From Kiritimatiellia bacterium (GTDB lineage Bacteria > Verrucomicrobiota > Kiritimatiellia > RFP12 > UBA1067), in the NCBI GenBank assembly GCA_050949565.1, contig JBMNFY010000017.1, positions 32,001-96,000 of the forward strand: a stretch of DNA of 64,000 bases, in the 5' to 3' direction. The stretch's first letter is position 1. Each line of letters begins with the position of its first letter. This document shows positions 44,009-55,146 of the stretch, one piece after another. The notes under the pieces were generated by a model, which saw only the letters and a list, made by a program, of their open reading frames with translations, did not search any database and was not told the origin of the DNA. A program made the translations under genes and the position numbers.

Positions 44009-46408
44009 ATGCAGGCTTTTGAAAAACTGGGAGTGTTTTATCTAGGTAAGCAGGTTGAGGCCGCATCGGGCGAAGCGAGCGACAATCTGCTCCTCTATGA
44101 TGCCAAAGACCTGACCACGCATGCGATGATGGTCGGCATGACCGGCAGCGGCAAGACCGGACTCGCGCTGGCCCTGCTGGAAGAGGCGGCGATCGACGGC
44201 ATCCCCGCCATCTTGATCGACCCGAAAGGCGACCTCAGTAATCTCATGCTGCAGTTTCCCGAACTGCGCCCCGAAGATTTCCGGCCGTGGGTGGATGAGG
44301 CCGAGGCGGCACGCAAAGGAATGTCGCCAGAGGCGTTCGCCGCCAAAACCGCTGAAACCTGGCGTAACGGCCTCGCACAGTGGGGCCAGGACGGCGAGCG
44401 CATCCGTCGCTTGCAGGCCTCGGCAGACTTCGCCATCTACACGCCGGGCAGCACAGCCGGACGCCCCCTGCAACTGCTGCGTTCGTTCGACGCCCCGCCA
44501 GCGGCCCTGCTGAATGACACCACCGCGCTGCGCGACCGCGTGATGTCGGCCGTCTCCGGACTGCTCGGCCTGCTCGGTATCGACGCCGACCCGGTTCAGA
44601 GCCGCGAGCACATCCTGCTCTCCAACATTCTCGACCGCGCCTGGCAGGACGGGCGGGACGTGGACTTGACGGCGCTGATTCAGGATATCCAGACACCGCC
44701 CTTCGACCATGTGGGCGTGTTTGCGCTGGAGTCCTTCTATCCCTCGAAGGACCGCTTCGCCCTCGCCATGCGCGTCAACAATCTGCTGGCCTCGCCGGGA
44801 TTCGCCGCCTGGATGACGGGCGAACCGCTCGATATCCAGCGACTGCTCCACACGCCGGACGGCAGGCCCCGCGTTTCGATCCTCTACCTCGCCCATCTCT
44901 CGGATGCCGAGCGGATGTTTTTCGTAACGTGCCTGCTCACCGAGGTGCTCGCATGGATGCGCACCCAGCCCGGCACCGGCAGCCTGCGGGCGCTGCTCTA
45001 CATGGATGAAATCTTCGGCTACTTCCCGCCGACCGCCAATCCGCCCTCCAAACTGCCGATGCTGACCCTGCTCAAACAGGCGCGTGCCTTCGGATTGGGC
45101 GTGGTGCTTTCCACACAGAATCCGGTCGATCTGGACTACAAGGGCTTGGCAAACTGCGGCACGTGGTTCATCGGACGGCTTCAGACCGAACGCGACAAAC
45201 AGCGCGTGATGGAAGGGCTCGAAGGCGCAGCCGCCAGCGCCGGCGACGGCTTTGACCGCAGTGCGATGGAACGCCTGCTGGCCAGCCTCGGCAACCGTGT
45301 CTTCCTGATGCACAACGTCCATGACGATGCCCCGGTGCTCTTTCAAACGCGTTGGGTCATGAGCTATCTGCGCGGACCGTTGACGTTGCCGCAGTTGGCC
45401 GACCTTCCCGGCAACACGTCTGCGCAAACCGCCCCACAGAAGCCTACCGCAACACAGCCCGCGCCACAATCGGACGCAACTCCTCAACCTGCCGCCGTTG
45501 CCCCGGTCGTGCCGCCCGACATTCCCGTTTTCCACTTACGCCCGCCGCAGACAGGGGATGGCGGCACGTATACGCCGACATTGGTGGCCACCTACAAGCT
45601 GCACTTTGTCGATGCCAAAGCCGCCGTCGATAAATGGATCAGCCGCACTTGGCTTGTGCCGTTCGCGGCGACGACCGGCGAACCGCTGTGGGACGAACCC
45701 GTGCTGTACGAAACGGCGGACCGCGACTTGGTTCGCGACACCCCCGCGCAGGCCCGTTATGCGGCACTGCCCGCGAGCGTGACGCGCCCCAAAGTCCTTG
45801 CAACCTGGACCCAATCGTTGGCAGCGGCGCTGTACCAGAACGCCACCCTCGACCTCCACGCCTATCCAGAACTCAAGATGGTGTCGCGCCCCGACGAGCC
45901 GCTCGGCGAATTCCGCGTCCGTGTCTGCCAGATACTCCGCGAACGTCATGACGAGCAGGTCGCCAAATTGAAGGCGAAATACGCACCCGCGCTGCGGACA
46001 CTCAACGATCAGATCCGCCGCGCCGAAGCCAAGGTCGAGCGCGAACGCGCGCAGTCCAGCCAGCGGAAAATGGACACGATGCTTTCGGTTGGCGCCACGC
46101 TCCTCAGCGCCTTTCTCGGGCGCGGGCGCTCGCAGATTGGCACGGTGGGCCGTGCGACAACCGCCATGAAGAGTGCCGGCCGCATCGGCAAAGAGCGCGC
46201 GGATGTCGCACATGCCGAAGAGAGTCTGGAAGTCTTGCAGCAGCGCATGCGTGATTTGGAACAGCAGTTCGAGACGGCAACCGCAGAGTTGAGCGCCGTG
46301 CCACATCCTGAGACGTTGCAGGTCGCGACACAGGCCATCCGTCCACGCAAATCCGATATCCTGATCGAGATACTGGGGTTATGCTGGGTACCGGACGGCA
46401 CGCTCTGA
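44009..46408 (+). CDS. HerA/DUF87-like P-loop ATPase with C-terminal coiled coil
   Basis: 'LTTHAMMVGMTGSGKT' (Walker A), 'IDPKGD', 'LLYMDE' (Walker B), 'LKQARAFG...STQNP.DLD'. Confidence 0.85.
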   Translation: MQAFEKLGVFYLGKQVEAASGEASDNLLLYDAKDLTTHAMMVGMTGSGKTGLALALLEEAAIDGIPAILIDPKGDLSNLMLQFPELRPEDFRPWVDEAEAARKGMSPEAFAAKTAETWRNGLAQWGQDGERIRRLQASADFAIYTPGSTAGRPLQLLRSFDAPPAALLNDTTALRDRVMSAVSGLLGLLGIDADPVQSREHILLSNILDRAWQDGRDVDLTALIQDIQTPPFDHVGVFALESFYPSKDRFALAMRVNNLLASPGFAAWMTGEPLDIQRLLHTPDGRPRVSILYLAHLSDAERMFFVTCLLTEVLAWMRTQPGTGSLRALLYMDEIFGYFPPTANPPSKLPMLTLLKQARAFGLGVVLSTQNPVDLDYKGLANCGTWFIGRLQTERDKQRVMEGLEGAAASAGDGFDRSAMERLLASLGNRVFLMHNVHDDAPVLFQTRWVMSYLRGPLTLPQLADLPGNTSAQTAPQKPTATQPAPQSDATPQPAAVAPVVPPDIPVFHLRPPQTGDGGTYTPTLVATYKLHFVDAKAAVDKWISRTWLVPFAATTGEPLWDEPVLYETADRDLVRDTPAQARYAALPASVTRPKVLATWTQSLAAALYQNATLDLHAYPELKMVSRPDEPLGEFRVRVCQILRERHDEQVAKLKAKYAPALRTLNDQIRRAEAKVERERAQSSQRKMDTMLSVGATLLSAFLGRGRSQIGTVGRATTAMKSAGRIGKERADVAHAEESLEVLQQRMRDLEQQFETATAELSAVPHPETLQVATQAIRPRKSDILIEILGLCWVPDGTL

Positions 46409-46425
46409 CCATTTCTGCAAAGGCA

Positions 46426-48684
46426 ATGACAACGTACATGCATCAAACAGCCAAGCAGAACCCTCCGGTCGTACCCCTGAGACCTCCTGCCGCTCCAAAG
46501 TTTGCTCCCCGTTTCTTGCCGGCCCTTGTGTTCGCCGCAATCGGGTTGATGTTGATTGCCGGCTCATGGCAGTTCTGTCATCTGACGACCCAGGTGATCC
46601 GGCATGAGAAAGACATGCTTCTGTCGCACACGGCCTCTGTCGCCCGTTCGTTATCGCACACGGATTTCGACACGCTGTCTTTCACCGGGGATGATGCGCA
46701 ACGGCCGGCCTATCGCCTGCTCTGCCGAAAGCTTTCAGCCGCGTCGTGCCACCTCGGTCTGCGAGGTCTTTTCACACTCGCAGAGCGGGACGGCAACTAT
46801 CTCATCGGACCGGAGAGTTATCCGACCAATCACCCGAGAGCCACCCCGCCCGGCACCATCTACCGCCTCCCGCCAGCCGAAGTTTCGCTCGCGTTTTCCA
46901 GAACGGCTGCCCTGTGTCTCCCCGCTCAGTGGCACCGACGAATCCGGCTGCATTTCAATCACCGCGTTTGTCCCTGTGCTGGACCCCGGCTCCGGGAGAG
47001 TCTGCCTTTCTCTTGGCGGCGGACATGGACCTGCCGGTCTTGCGTCGGCGGTTGATGACAAGTCAGCGGAACGTCTGCCGCGCTCACGCTCATCCATCAT
47101 CACCCTGCTCGGCATGCTCGGGTTGCTGATCAGCAGACGCATGCCGCTTCCACGCGCCGATGCGGCAACACCGCCAGCACGTCGAAACATTCCTGTGCGC
47201 ATTGATTCTTCTTGTTGGCCACCGGCTGCTGTCACGTTGCACCTGTATGTCGCCGATGACCCAGCTACGCGCCAAAACACTGCTGGCGGCCGCCCAGCAG
47301 CAAACGGCGCTGGTCGCATCGGAGTTTGATGCGATCAGCAAAAGCCTCGACAGTATCGCGTATGTTTTCGAGAGAGAGCGAAACGATCACGCAAAGTGAG
47401 TTCGCCCAAGTCACGGCACACATTGTCCGTGACTATTCGATCCAGACCGTTACCTGGTCGCCCGCCACAAGACGGGATGAGGTCGACGCCTTCGAAACGT
47501 CGGTCCGTGCATCTGGCATGCAGGCTTACCGAGTCTGGCGCAACGCAGAAACAAATCGGCCGAGACGTGGTGGAAAGCCCGTCGGACATTCTTTATCCCG
47601 TCCGCTTCGTCAGCCCTTTGGAGGGGCATGAGAACGTGCTTGGCTTCGAACAGACGTCCGCGCCGCGCCGTCGGCGAGCCATCCAGCGTGCCTTCGTCAC
47701 CGCATCGCCAGGCCGCCACGCGACCCGAACCGATCATCACGCTTTCAGGCCAGCCGGCTGGGATTTTGATTTATCGCCCCGTCATCTCGAACACACAGAC
47801 TGGTGTCGTGGCTTTGACCTACTGCGCCGAAAACGCCCTGTTGGTTCCCTTGTCTCGGACGGCCGCATTCCCCGACATGCGGGGACTTGTCGTCCAACTC
47901 TTCCATCTGAACCCAGGCACGAGGCGCGAGTTCCTGTTTGCGGTAGGCACCACCACGCCACTTGCCATGCCGTTTGCTGCACAGCAGTGGTCTCGACATC
48001 CGCGCTCAAGCCTGCCGACGGTCAACGCGTCGCTGTTCGCATTTGGAAACTCGTACGGCGTCGTTGTTCAGGCCTCTCCGGCTTGGGTGGCTGCCCGTCC
48101 GCTGCGTCAGCGCGATCACCTCTGCCATTACCGGCGTACTTTTGACCATTCTCATCACGGCCTTTCTCGCCGTGACTGGCCAGCCGCCGTCGCGTGCTCG
48201 AACGCGAGGTCCGCGCACGGACCGAAGAACTGGAACTCGCGCACCAAGAGATCGCAGGCATGCTCAAAACTGCGCCCATCGCCATGATACTCGTGGATCG
48301 CAATATCCGTGTGCTGAATGCCAATCCGTGTGCTGAACGCCTGATGCAAAATGACGTTTTCATGTGCATCGATAAGCCATGCGGTGTTTTTCTGACCTGT
48401 GCACAAACCGCAATCTGGATGTCAAGGGGTGCGGCTTCAGCATCCCGTGCCAAACCTGTGTCCTGCGCAGCGCGGTTCAGAAGTGTCGCCGCCGGAGGTC
48501 CGCCGGTCACAGACCGCGACCTGACCCTGACCACTGAACGCGAAGGCCGGAGCAGAGACCGTTCATGTGAAGTTCGGCGCCGCCCCCGTCAGGCTGAACG
48601 GCCAGCGCCATGTGGTCATCGCCATCTACGACGTGACCGCCTGGTACCGGACGGAGACAGCTCTACTGGACGCTGTTCAACGAA
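46426..48684 (+). pseudogene. N-terminal sensor part (TM, CHASE-like, PAS) of the hybrid kinase, broken by multiple frameshifts
   Basis: TM segment, 'GPESYP...PGTIY', CHASE-like 'ITQSEFAQ...TWSPA...YPVRFVSPLEGHENVLGFE', 'LEREVRARTEEL' and PAS fragments lie in alternating frames. Confidence 0.65.
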
Positions 48685-50565
48685 ATGGACGACGGCTTCT
48701 TGCTGGTTGAACGGTCGGGTCAGGTGGATGCGCCCGAGTTTTCTATCCGCGCGGCAAATCCTGCCTTGCAGAAACTGACCGGGCGTGATGTTGCTTCCCT
48801 AATCGGTTCAACGCTCGACCGCTCGTTCGCGGTTCCCACTGCGTTGCACGAAAATATCCGGCAGGTTCTTGAAGACGGTGGAGCGATCCATGACCAGTTC
48901 TTTTTTGAAGGCATCGCGAAACACGTCTCCTGCACGGCCTTTTGTCCCGCAGACGGTCAGGCCGCAATCATTCTTACGGACATCACCGACCAGAAACGGG
49001 CTGAACACGCATTGCTCTACGAGCGCAATCTGCTCTACGCGCTGATGGATAATCAGCCCGACCGTATCTTTTTCAAAGATGCGGAGCTGCGTTTCGTCAA
49101 AGTCAGCAAAGAGCAGGCACGTGCGTTAGGACTGGACTCGCCAGCCCAGGCGATCGGCAAAACACTGGGCGAACTCCGGCCTGGTGACGCCTCGCGACGT
49201 GCCATGGAACGCGAACGCTCTGTTCTGAAATCTGCCAAGCCCCTGATGGCGCAGGTCGAAAAGAGTGTGAACGCATCGGGCCGGACATGTTGGGACTCAA
49301 TCTCTATAGCCCCGATCCACGACGCTTCCGGCGAATGCGTCGGTCTTGTCGGTATCGCCCGCGACATCACGCCAGAGATCGAGCTGCAGCAACACTTGCA
49401 ACACATGACCAAGATGGATGCGATCGGCCGGCTCGCGGGTGGCGTGGCGCACGACTTCAACAATTTGCTGCAAGCAATCCTCGGTTATACCGAACTGCTG
49501 CTCGCAGGCATGACCGAAAAATCACCGCAGTACGGCGACCTTAAAGAGATTGAGCGCGCCGCGAAACGCGCAGCCGACCTGACGCGTCAATTGTTGACAT
49601 TCAGTCGCAAACAGCACATCGAGCCGCAGATTATCGACATGAACCAAGCTATTCTTTCCGTGGAAAAAATGTTGAAACGCCTGATGGGCGACCAGATCCT
49701 CATCCAACTCGATTTGCAGCAGGCTCTGGAAAGCGTGATGATCGATCCAAGCCAAATGGAGCAGATCCTGCTGAACCTCGCGATCAACGCAAAAGACGCC
49801 ATGGCTAATGGTGGTACGCTCTCCTTCCGCACCGAAATGGTGATGCTCGACGAGGAGGCCGCATCCTCGCAGCTTGAGGCACATCCCGGCACGTTCGTGA
49901 AACTGACGGTGTCTGACACCGGAAGCGGCATCCCGGAAGACGCAATCCCATACGTCTTCGATCCGTTTTTCACGACCAAGGAACGCGGCAAGGGCACAGG
50001 GCTTGGCCTCTCTGTGATCTACGGCATCGTGAAGCAGTGCGGCGGATGGATATCGGTCTCATCGTCCGCAGATGACGGCACCCACTTTTCACTTTATTTT
50101 TCCGCCCACGAAGCAACAGACGTGGTTACAACCGAGGAGACGCGCCCAGTCGTTGACATGCCCGTCACGCTACCTGGCATTGGCAAGACCATCCTTCTGG
50201 TAGAGGATGAGCCCGGCGTCCGTAACCTTGCCGCTTTGGTCATGCAAAGCGCGGGATATAAAGTCCACACCTGCGTCGGTGCCAGCGAAGCCAAAGCTGT
50301 GTTCGCCAAAGAGTACGCCCGGATTGATCTTTTGTTTAGTGATATCGCGCTGATCGGCCAGAATGGCATCGATCTGGCACTGGATCTCCGCAAGCAAAAT
50401 CCTGCGCTCCCTTGTCTGCTGTGCAGCGGGTACGTAGACGAAACGATGTCTTGGGACTCCCTCCAGAAAGAAGGCTTTCATTTCCTGCCTAAACCATACC
50501 CCGTTGCCAAACTGCTGACGGCAGTGGCCGAAGCGCTGGCCGGGAAGTTTAAACTTAGGATTTAG
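48685..50565 (+). CDS. Hybrid sensor histidine kinase/response regulator (PAS-HisKA-HATPase-REC), intact C-terminal part
   Basis: '[15 protein letters not shown]', '[10 protein letters not shown]', 'DTGSGI', '[16 protein letters not shown]', receiver 'ILLVEDE...FSDI...KPY'. Confidence 0.93.
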   Translation: MDDGFLLVERSGQVDAPEFSIRAANPALQKLTGRDVASLIGSTLDRSFAVPTALHENIRQVLEDGGAIHDQFFFEGIAKHVSCTAFCPADGQAAIILTDITDQKRAEHALLYERNLLYALMDNQPDRIFFKDAELRFVKVSKEQARALGLDSPAQAIGKTLGELRPGDASRRAMERERSVLKSAKPLMAQVEKSVNASGRTCWDSISIAPIHDASGECVGLVGIARDITPEIELQQHLQHMTKMDAIGRLAGGVAHDFNNLLQAILGYTELLLAGMTEKSPQYGDLKEIERAAKRAADLTRQLLTFSRKQHIEPQIIDMNQAILSVEKMLKRLMGDQILIQLDLQQALESVMIDPSQMEQILLNLAINAKDAMANGGTLSFRTEMVMLDEEAASSQLEAHPGTFVKLTVSDTGSGIPEDAIPYVFDPFFTTKERGKGTGLGLSVIYGIVKQCGGWISVSSSADDGTHFSLYFSAHEATDVVTTEETRPVVDMPVTLPGIGKTILLVEDEPGVRNLAALVMQSAGYKVHTCVGASEAKAVFAKEYARIDLLFSDIALIGQNGIDLALDLRKQNPALPCLLCSGYVDETMSWDSLQKEGFHFLPKPYPVAKLLTAVAEALAGKFKLRI

Positions 50566-50704
50566 GAGTTGAGACGCGGATAAAAAAGCAGGGCAACGCT
50601 TTTACTCTCAAGATTGCGAACCACTGCGTGGTCGCAACAAGAGATGTTGACTGGCGACCCGCAACCCGCAACCATGCAAAAAACTCCTAAATCCTAAATC
50701 CCAA

Positions 50705-52354
50705 GAGGCTCTTGCAAAACCCCCTCGTGACATGGGCGTCCCGCCCATGAAACACGGGCAGGATGCCCGTGCCACGCCTGCACGCAAGGGATTTTGCAGG
50801 ATTTTCTGACGAAGAGGCGCAGCGGTTGCTGAAAAACGGACGCGACAGGGCGTTTTTCCCGTTTTTCGGATGTTTCCGGGCAGACCCCGGCGCCTCCGCC
50901 CGGTCGCGGGCGGGTTTTCAGGGAGGGCAGTCTGCCGCGGGGCCGGTCAGGGAAGCATTCTGAGCATCTGCTCGGCGGCGATGACCAGCAGCCCGAAGGC
51001 CAGATGCGCCGCCACCTTCGCCGGGCCGCGCACCCGGACGTTCCGTCCGCCGTGCTCTTCGTGCAGATGGCTGTTGACGCGCTCGACGGCCGTGCGTTCG
51101 TGGTAGCGCCGGGCTTCCGCCGGGGAGAACTCGATCTTCTCGCCCCGGCGCGGGTTGTGGTCGATGAGCGCCACGTGCCCCAGCCGCGCCGACATCTCGC
51201 GGATCTCCTTGGCGTCGTAGGCGGCGTCGGCCAGATCATAGAGGTTGACGATCCGTCCGGCGGTCATCTGCGCCAGCGGGATGGCGGCCTGGCTGTCGTG
51301 CAGGCTGGCGGAAGTGAGTATGAAGCTGACCGGGATATCGCCGTCGATCACGTCCAGATGGGCCTTGTAGCCGCGCCAGCATTCTGTCTTGCCCTTGCTG
51401 TTCTTCTTGCAGCCCCAGTCGCAGGACGCGGGCAGGTCGGCCAGGTTTTCCTTCAAGCCGCGGTTGAGCTGCAGTTGCAGCCGTGTCGGATCCGGCGGCG
51501 GCGCCGGGGGCTCGCCCTTCCTGCGCCGGCCGCGTTTGCCGCGCTCGGGGGCGGGGGCCGTCTCCGGCTTGGCCGCGGCCTTCTCGCGGGCGCGGATCGC
51601 GGTGGCGTCGCGGCTGACGTGCCCGGCGAGCTTGTCGCCATAGCGGGCCTTGACCATCGCCTCGTGGATTTCCTGCGGGCACCCGTTTTTGGCGAATTCG
51701 GCGAAGGCGCGCGAGAAGGTCGACGCCGAGGGCACTTCGCCGAGCGTCTCCCAGCCGCACAGCCGGCGCAGGGCCGGACGGTGGCGGATGGCGTCGATCA
51801 GGCCGCTCGTGGTGTCGAAGTTCCAGACGGTCTTGCCTATGAACGCCTTGCACATCGCCAGCCGGTCGCACGGCGGGCAGCCGTTGCCGCACCAGCGGTA
51901 GGCGCCCATGTGATCCTGCGGGGCGCACAGCTCGCAGACCGCGACGAACTGGCGGTGCTTCTCGTCGAGTTCCCCGATCTCGTCCTCCAGCATCGGGAAG
52001 AGCCATGACTGGATGCTGTTCCACAACTGGCCCAGAGGGGGTTGATGTCGCGTTTCCTTCATGCGTTTTTGTCTCCTTTCCGCGTTTGTTTTTCCGTCCT
52101 TACGGATGATGGAGGCATTGTAACATATTGCGCGGCAACAAGATACAACAAAAATCGGGGGGGTAGACAAACACCCCGGAATGTGCGACAATACCCCTGT
52201 TCGTTTTGGGCGCGGTATGGTGCCGTGCAGAAGGCGACGCGGCGTGGGGCGGAGCGTCATGCCCGGCCGCGCCGGGCGGTGGGATGGTTCGCTGACAAGA
52301 CGTCCCGCCCGCAGGCCGTCAGGCGTTGCGGTGTGGGGGTTTTGCAAGAGCCTC
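50705..52354 (-). mobile_element. Complete 1650-bp insertion sequence (IS5/IS4-type DDE) with 20-bp IRs and 4-bp target duplication
   Basis: GAGGCTCTTGCAAAACCCCC at 50705-50724 and its reverse complement at 52335-52354; CCAA on both flanks (50701-50704, 52355-52358). Confidence 0.93.
50947..52062 (-). CDS. DDE transposase (IS5/IS4-like)
   Basis: 'LRRLCGW...PSASTFSR', 'SRDATAI', 'GYKAH', 'ASLHDS', 'LADAAYD', 'YHERTAVERVNS'. Likely start MKETR at 52062. Confidence 0.92.
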   Translation of the reverse strand: MKETRHQPPLGQLWNSIQSWLFPMLEDEIGELDEKHRQFVAVCELCAPQDHMGAYRWCGNGCPPCDRLAMCKAFIGKTVWNFDTTSGLIDAIRHRPALRRLCGWETLGEVPSASTFSRAFAEFAKNGCPQEIHEAMVKARYGDKLAGHVSRDATAIRAREKAAAKPETAPAPERGKRGRRRKGEPPAPPPDPTRLQLQLNRGLKENLADLPASCDWGCKKNSKGKTECWRGYKAHLDVIDGDIPVSFILTSASLHDSQAAIPLAQMTAGRIVNLYDLADAAYDAKEIREMSARLGHVALIDHNPRRGEKIEFSPAEARRYHERTAVERVNSHLHEEHGGRNVRVRGPAKVAAHLAFGLLVIAAEQMLRMLP

Positions 52355-52548
52355 CCAAATCCTCCTTCCGTTCGGACAAGGGCGCGATTCGCCGGAAGTG
52401 AATCGCGCCCTTGCCCGAACAGCGACAACTGTTGTATCATTTTAAACGTTTTTCCTGCGGGCTCTTGTGCTGTTCACGCACCACAGATGAGGCTGTTGCG
52501 GATCTGTTTTCAGCCAGTCAGGCCTGCGGGAAAAGGAGGATCACTACC

Positions 52549-53244
52549 ATGTTTTACGACCCTGTCTATTTCATGTTTCTCATTCCAGGACTGATCCTGG
52601 CAGGCATCGCGTCCCTGTTGGTCAAAACCACCTTCAGCCGCTATGCACGGGTTCGCTCATACTCGGGCATGACCGGTGCGCAGGCGGCTGAGCGCATGCT
52701 GCGCGCCAACGGCGTGTTTGACGTGCAGGTCGAGCAGACGCAGGGTTTCCTGTCAGATCATTACGATCCCACCCGCAAAGTGTTACGCCTCTCGCCGGAT
52801 GTGTACGGCAGCAACTCGCTCTCTGCCGTGGGTGTGGCCTGTCACGAAGCCGGGCACGCCCTGCAACACGCCGCCGCATACGCGCCGCTCACGCTCCGCA
52901 CGCTTCTGGTGCCGGCCACCAACTTCGCCAGCATGTTCGCCTTTTATGTTTTCTTTGCGGGATTGCTGTTCAATAGCCAGTCGCTGGTCTACATCGGTTG
53001 CGCGCTGTTTGCGGTCGGCTTTCTGTTTGCCGTGGTCACCCTGCCGGTCGAGTGGGATGCCAGCGCACGCGCCAAACAACACCTGGCGACAACCGGCATC
53101 GTCTCGCCCGATCAGGTGCAGCATGCCGGACGCGTACTCAACGCGGCCTTCCTGACCTATCTGGCCGGCGCAGTCAGTTCACTTTTGACGTTGCTGTATT
53201 TCATGTTCCGCGCGGGGTTACTTGGCGGACGCAGCAGAGATTAA
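52549..53244 (+). CDS. Membrane zinc metallopeptidase (YugP/neutral zinc metallopeptidase family)
   Basis: 'LSDHYDP', 'VACHEAGHALQH' (HExxH), 'VTLPVEWDAS.RA', 'VLNAAFLTY'; AGGAGG RBS before ATG 52549. Confidence 0.92.
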   Translation: MFYDPVYFMFLIPGLILAGIASLLVKTTFSRYARVRSYSGMTGAQAAERMLRANGVFDVQVEQTQGFLSDHYDPTRKVLRLSPDVYGSNSLSAVGVACHEAGHALQHAAAYAPLTLRTLLVPATNFASMFAFYVFFAGLLFNSQSLVYIGCALFAVGFLFAVVTLPVEWDASARAKQHLATTGIVSPDQVQHAGRVLNAAFLTYLAGAVSSLLTLLYFMFRAGLLGGRSRD

Positions 53245-53261
53245 GGTAATCGGAGAACATC

Positions 53262-55142
53262 ATGAGCAAGAAAACCCGTGTCTTTAAAGCCGAAGTCCAG
53301 CAGGTGCTGGACCTGGTCATCCACTCCCTCTACTCGAAGAAAGAGATCTTCCTCCGCGAATTGATCTCCAATGCGTCGGACGCCATCGATCGCGCCCAGT
53401 ATCTGGGGCTGACCGACAAGTCGCTGATCGCCGATGCGCCGAATTGGAAGATCGACCTGATCGTGGACAAGGAGGACAAGACGCTGACGATCACCGACAA
53501 CGGCATCGGCATGAACGAGGAGGATCTCGACAAGAACCTCGGCGTCATCGCGAACTCCGGCACCAAGGCCTTCGCACAGGCACTGAAGGAGAAGCAGCAA
53601 ACCAATATCCCGGAGTTGATCGGGCAGTTCGGCGTGGGCTTCTACGCCGCGTTCATGGTCGCCGAATCGGTCACCGTGATCACGCTCAAGCGCGGCGAAG
53701 GGCAGAAGGCGGTCAAGTGGACATCGACAGGCACCGGCAGCTACACGCTGGAGGAGGCGGCGCGCGACAAACCGGGCACAACCATCGTGCTTAAGCTGCG
53801 CGAGGGCATGGAGGAGTTCCTGAACGAGTGGCGGCTGCACGAGCTGGTTAAGAAGTACTCCGACTTCATCGCGTATCCGATCCGCTTCAGTGACACCGGC
53901 GAGGCGCCTGCAGAAGACGCGCAGCCGTTCAACACCATGAAAGCGATTTGGAAGCGCCCCAAGAGCGAACTGACCGAGGAGGCGACCAACGAGTTTTACA
54001 CGCACCTCACGCACGACTACAACCCGCCGCTCAAGACCATCCCGATGTCGGTCGAAGGCGTGGTCGAGTTCAAGGCGCTGCTCTTCCTGCCCAAACAAGC
54101 GGGTATCGACCTGATGATGCCCAACAAGAAGTACGGGCTGCACCTCTACGTACGCAACGTCTTTATCGGTGCCGACTTCGACCTGCTATTGCCGGAGTAC
54201 CTGCGCTTTGTGAAGGGCGTCGTAGACTCCAGCGACCTGCCGCTCAATGTGTCGCGCGAGATGCTGCAAGATGACGCCGTCATCCGTAAGATCAAGAGCA
54301 ACATCACCGGCAAAGTGCTGAGCACGCTGGCGGAGATGATGGCCGACGAGCCGGAAACCTACACCGCCTTTTTCACCGCCTTCGGCCGCGTGCTCAAAGA
54401 GGGTCTGCATCACGACTACGAAAACGCTGACAAGCTCAAAGCGCTGATGATGTTCCGCTCGGCCACACGCGACGGCAACGCGCTGATCTCGCTGGCGGAC
54501 TATGTCAAGGCCATGCCCGAGACGCAGCAAGACATCTACTACCTGATCGCCGAAGATCTGGAGACCGCCAAACGTGCGCCGCACATTGAAGCACTGACCA
54601 AGCGCGGTTACGACGTGCTGCTTTTCACCGATCCGATCGACCAGTGGATCGCCGACACCCTGCGCGAATTCGAAGGCAAGAAGCTCGTCGCCGTTGATAA
54701 AGGCGCGCTGGAGGTCGGCACCGACGAGGAGAAGGCCGCCGCGAAAAAGAAGATCGAGACCGCGGCCGACGACTTCAAAGAGCTGACGGCGTTCATCCAG
54801 GAGCACCTCAAAGACCACGTCAAAGAGGTGCGTTTCTCACCACGCCTCACCGACTCCGCCTGTTGTCTGGTTGCTGACGAGAACGCCTTGAACCCCAGCA
54901 TGGAGCGATTGATGCGCGCCATGAACCAGGATGTGCCGAAACAGCTCCGTACACTGGAGTTGAATCCTGACCACGCCGTGATCGCACGCATGAAGAGCAT
55001 GCTGGAGGCCGACAAGGCCGATCCCCGTCTGGCCGATTTCGCCGACCTGCTTTTCGGTCAGGCGTTATTGGCAGAGGGTTCGGCACCGCAGAACCCGCAG
55101 CGCTTCACTCAGTTGGTCGCCGAGTTGATGACGCAAGTTTAA
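53262..55142 (+). CDS. htpG: Molecular chaperone HtpG (Hsp90)
   Basis: 'HSLYSKKEIFLRELISNASDA', 'DNGIGM', 'IGQFGVGFY', 'GVVDSSDLPLNVSRE'. Confidence 0.98.
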   Translation: MSKKTRVFKAEVQQVLDLVIHSLYSKKEIFLRELISNASDAIDRAQYLGLTDKSLIADAPNWKIDLIVDKEDKTLTITDNGIGMNEEDLDKNLGVIANSGTKAFAQALKEKQQTNIPELIGQFGVGFYAAFMVAESVTVITLKRGEGQKAVKWTSTGTGSYTLEEAARDKPGTTIVLKLREGMEEFLNEWRLHELVKKYSDFIAYPIRFSDTGEAPAEDAQPFNTMKAIWKRPKSELTEEATNEFYTHLTHDYNPPLKTIPMSVEGVVEFKALLFLPKQAGIDLMMPNKKYGLHLYVRNVFIGADFDLLLPEYLRFVKGVVDSSDLPLNVSREMLQDDAVIRKIKSNITGKVLSTLAEMMADEPETYTAFFTAFGRVLKEGLHHDYENADKLKALMMFRSATRDGNALISLADYVKAMPETQQDIYYLIAEDLETAKRAPHIEALTKRGYDVLLFTDPIDQWIADTLREFEGKKLVAVDKGALEVGTDEEKAAAKKKIETAADDFKELTAFIQEHLKDHVKEVRFSPRLTDSACCLVADENALNPSMERLMRAMNQDVPKQLRTLELNPDHAVIARMKSMLEADKADPRLADFADLLFGQALLAEGSAPQNPQRFTQLVAELMTQV

Positions 55143-55146
55143 GTTC

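Noticed and set aside
44009-46408. HerA-like ATPase as part of an anti-phage or conjugation system
   Set aside because: No adjacent nuclease, Sir2, NurA or T4SS genes; it looks like a standalone family member.
52063-52440. 126-aa N-terminal extension of the IS transposase
   Set aside because: It crosses the IS terminal inverted repeat into flanking DNA, so it cannot belong to the element's gene.
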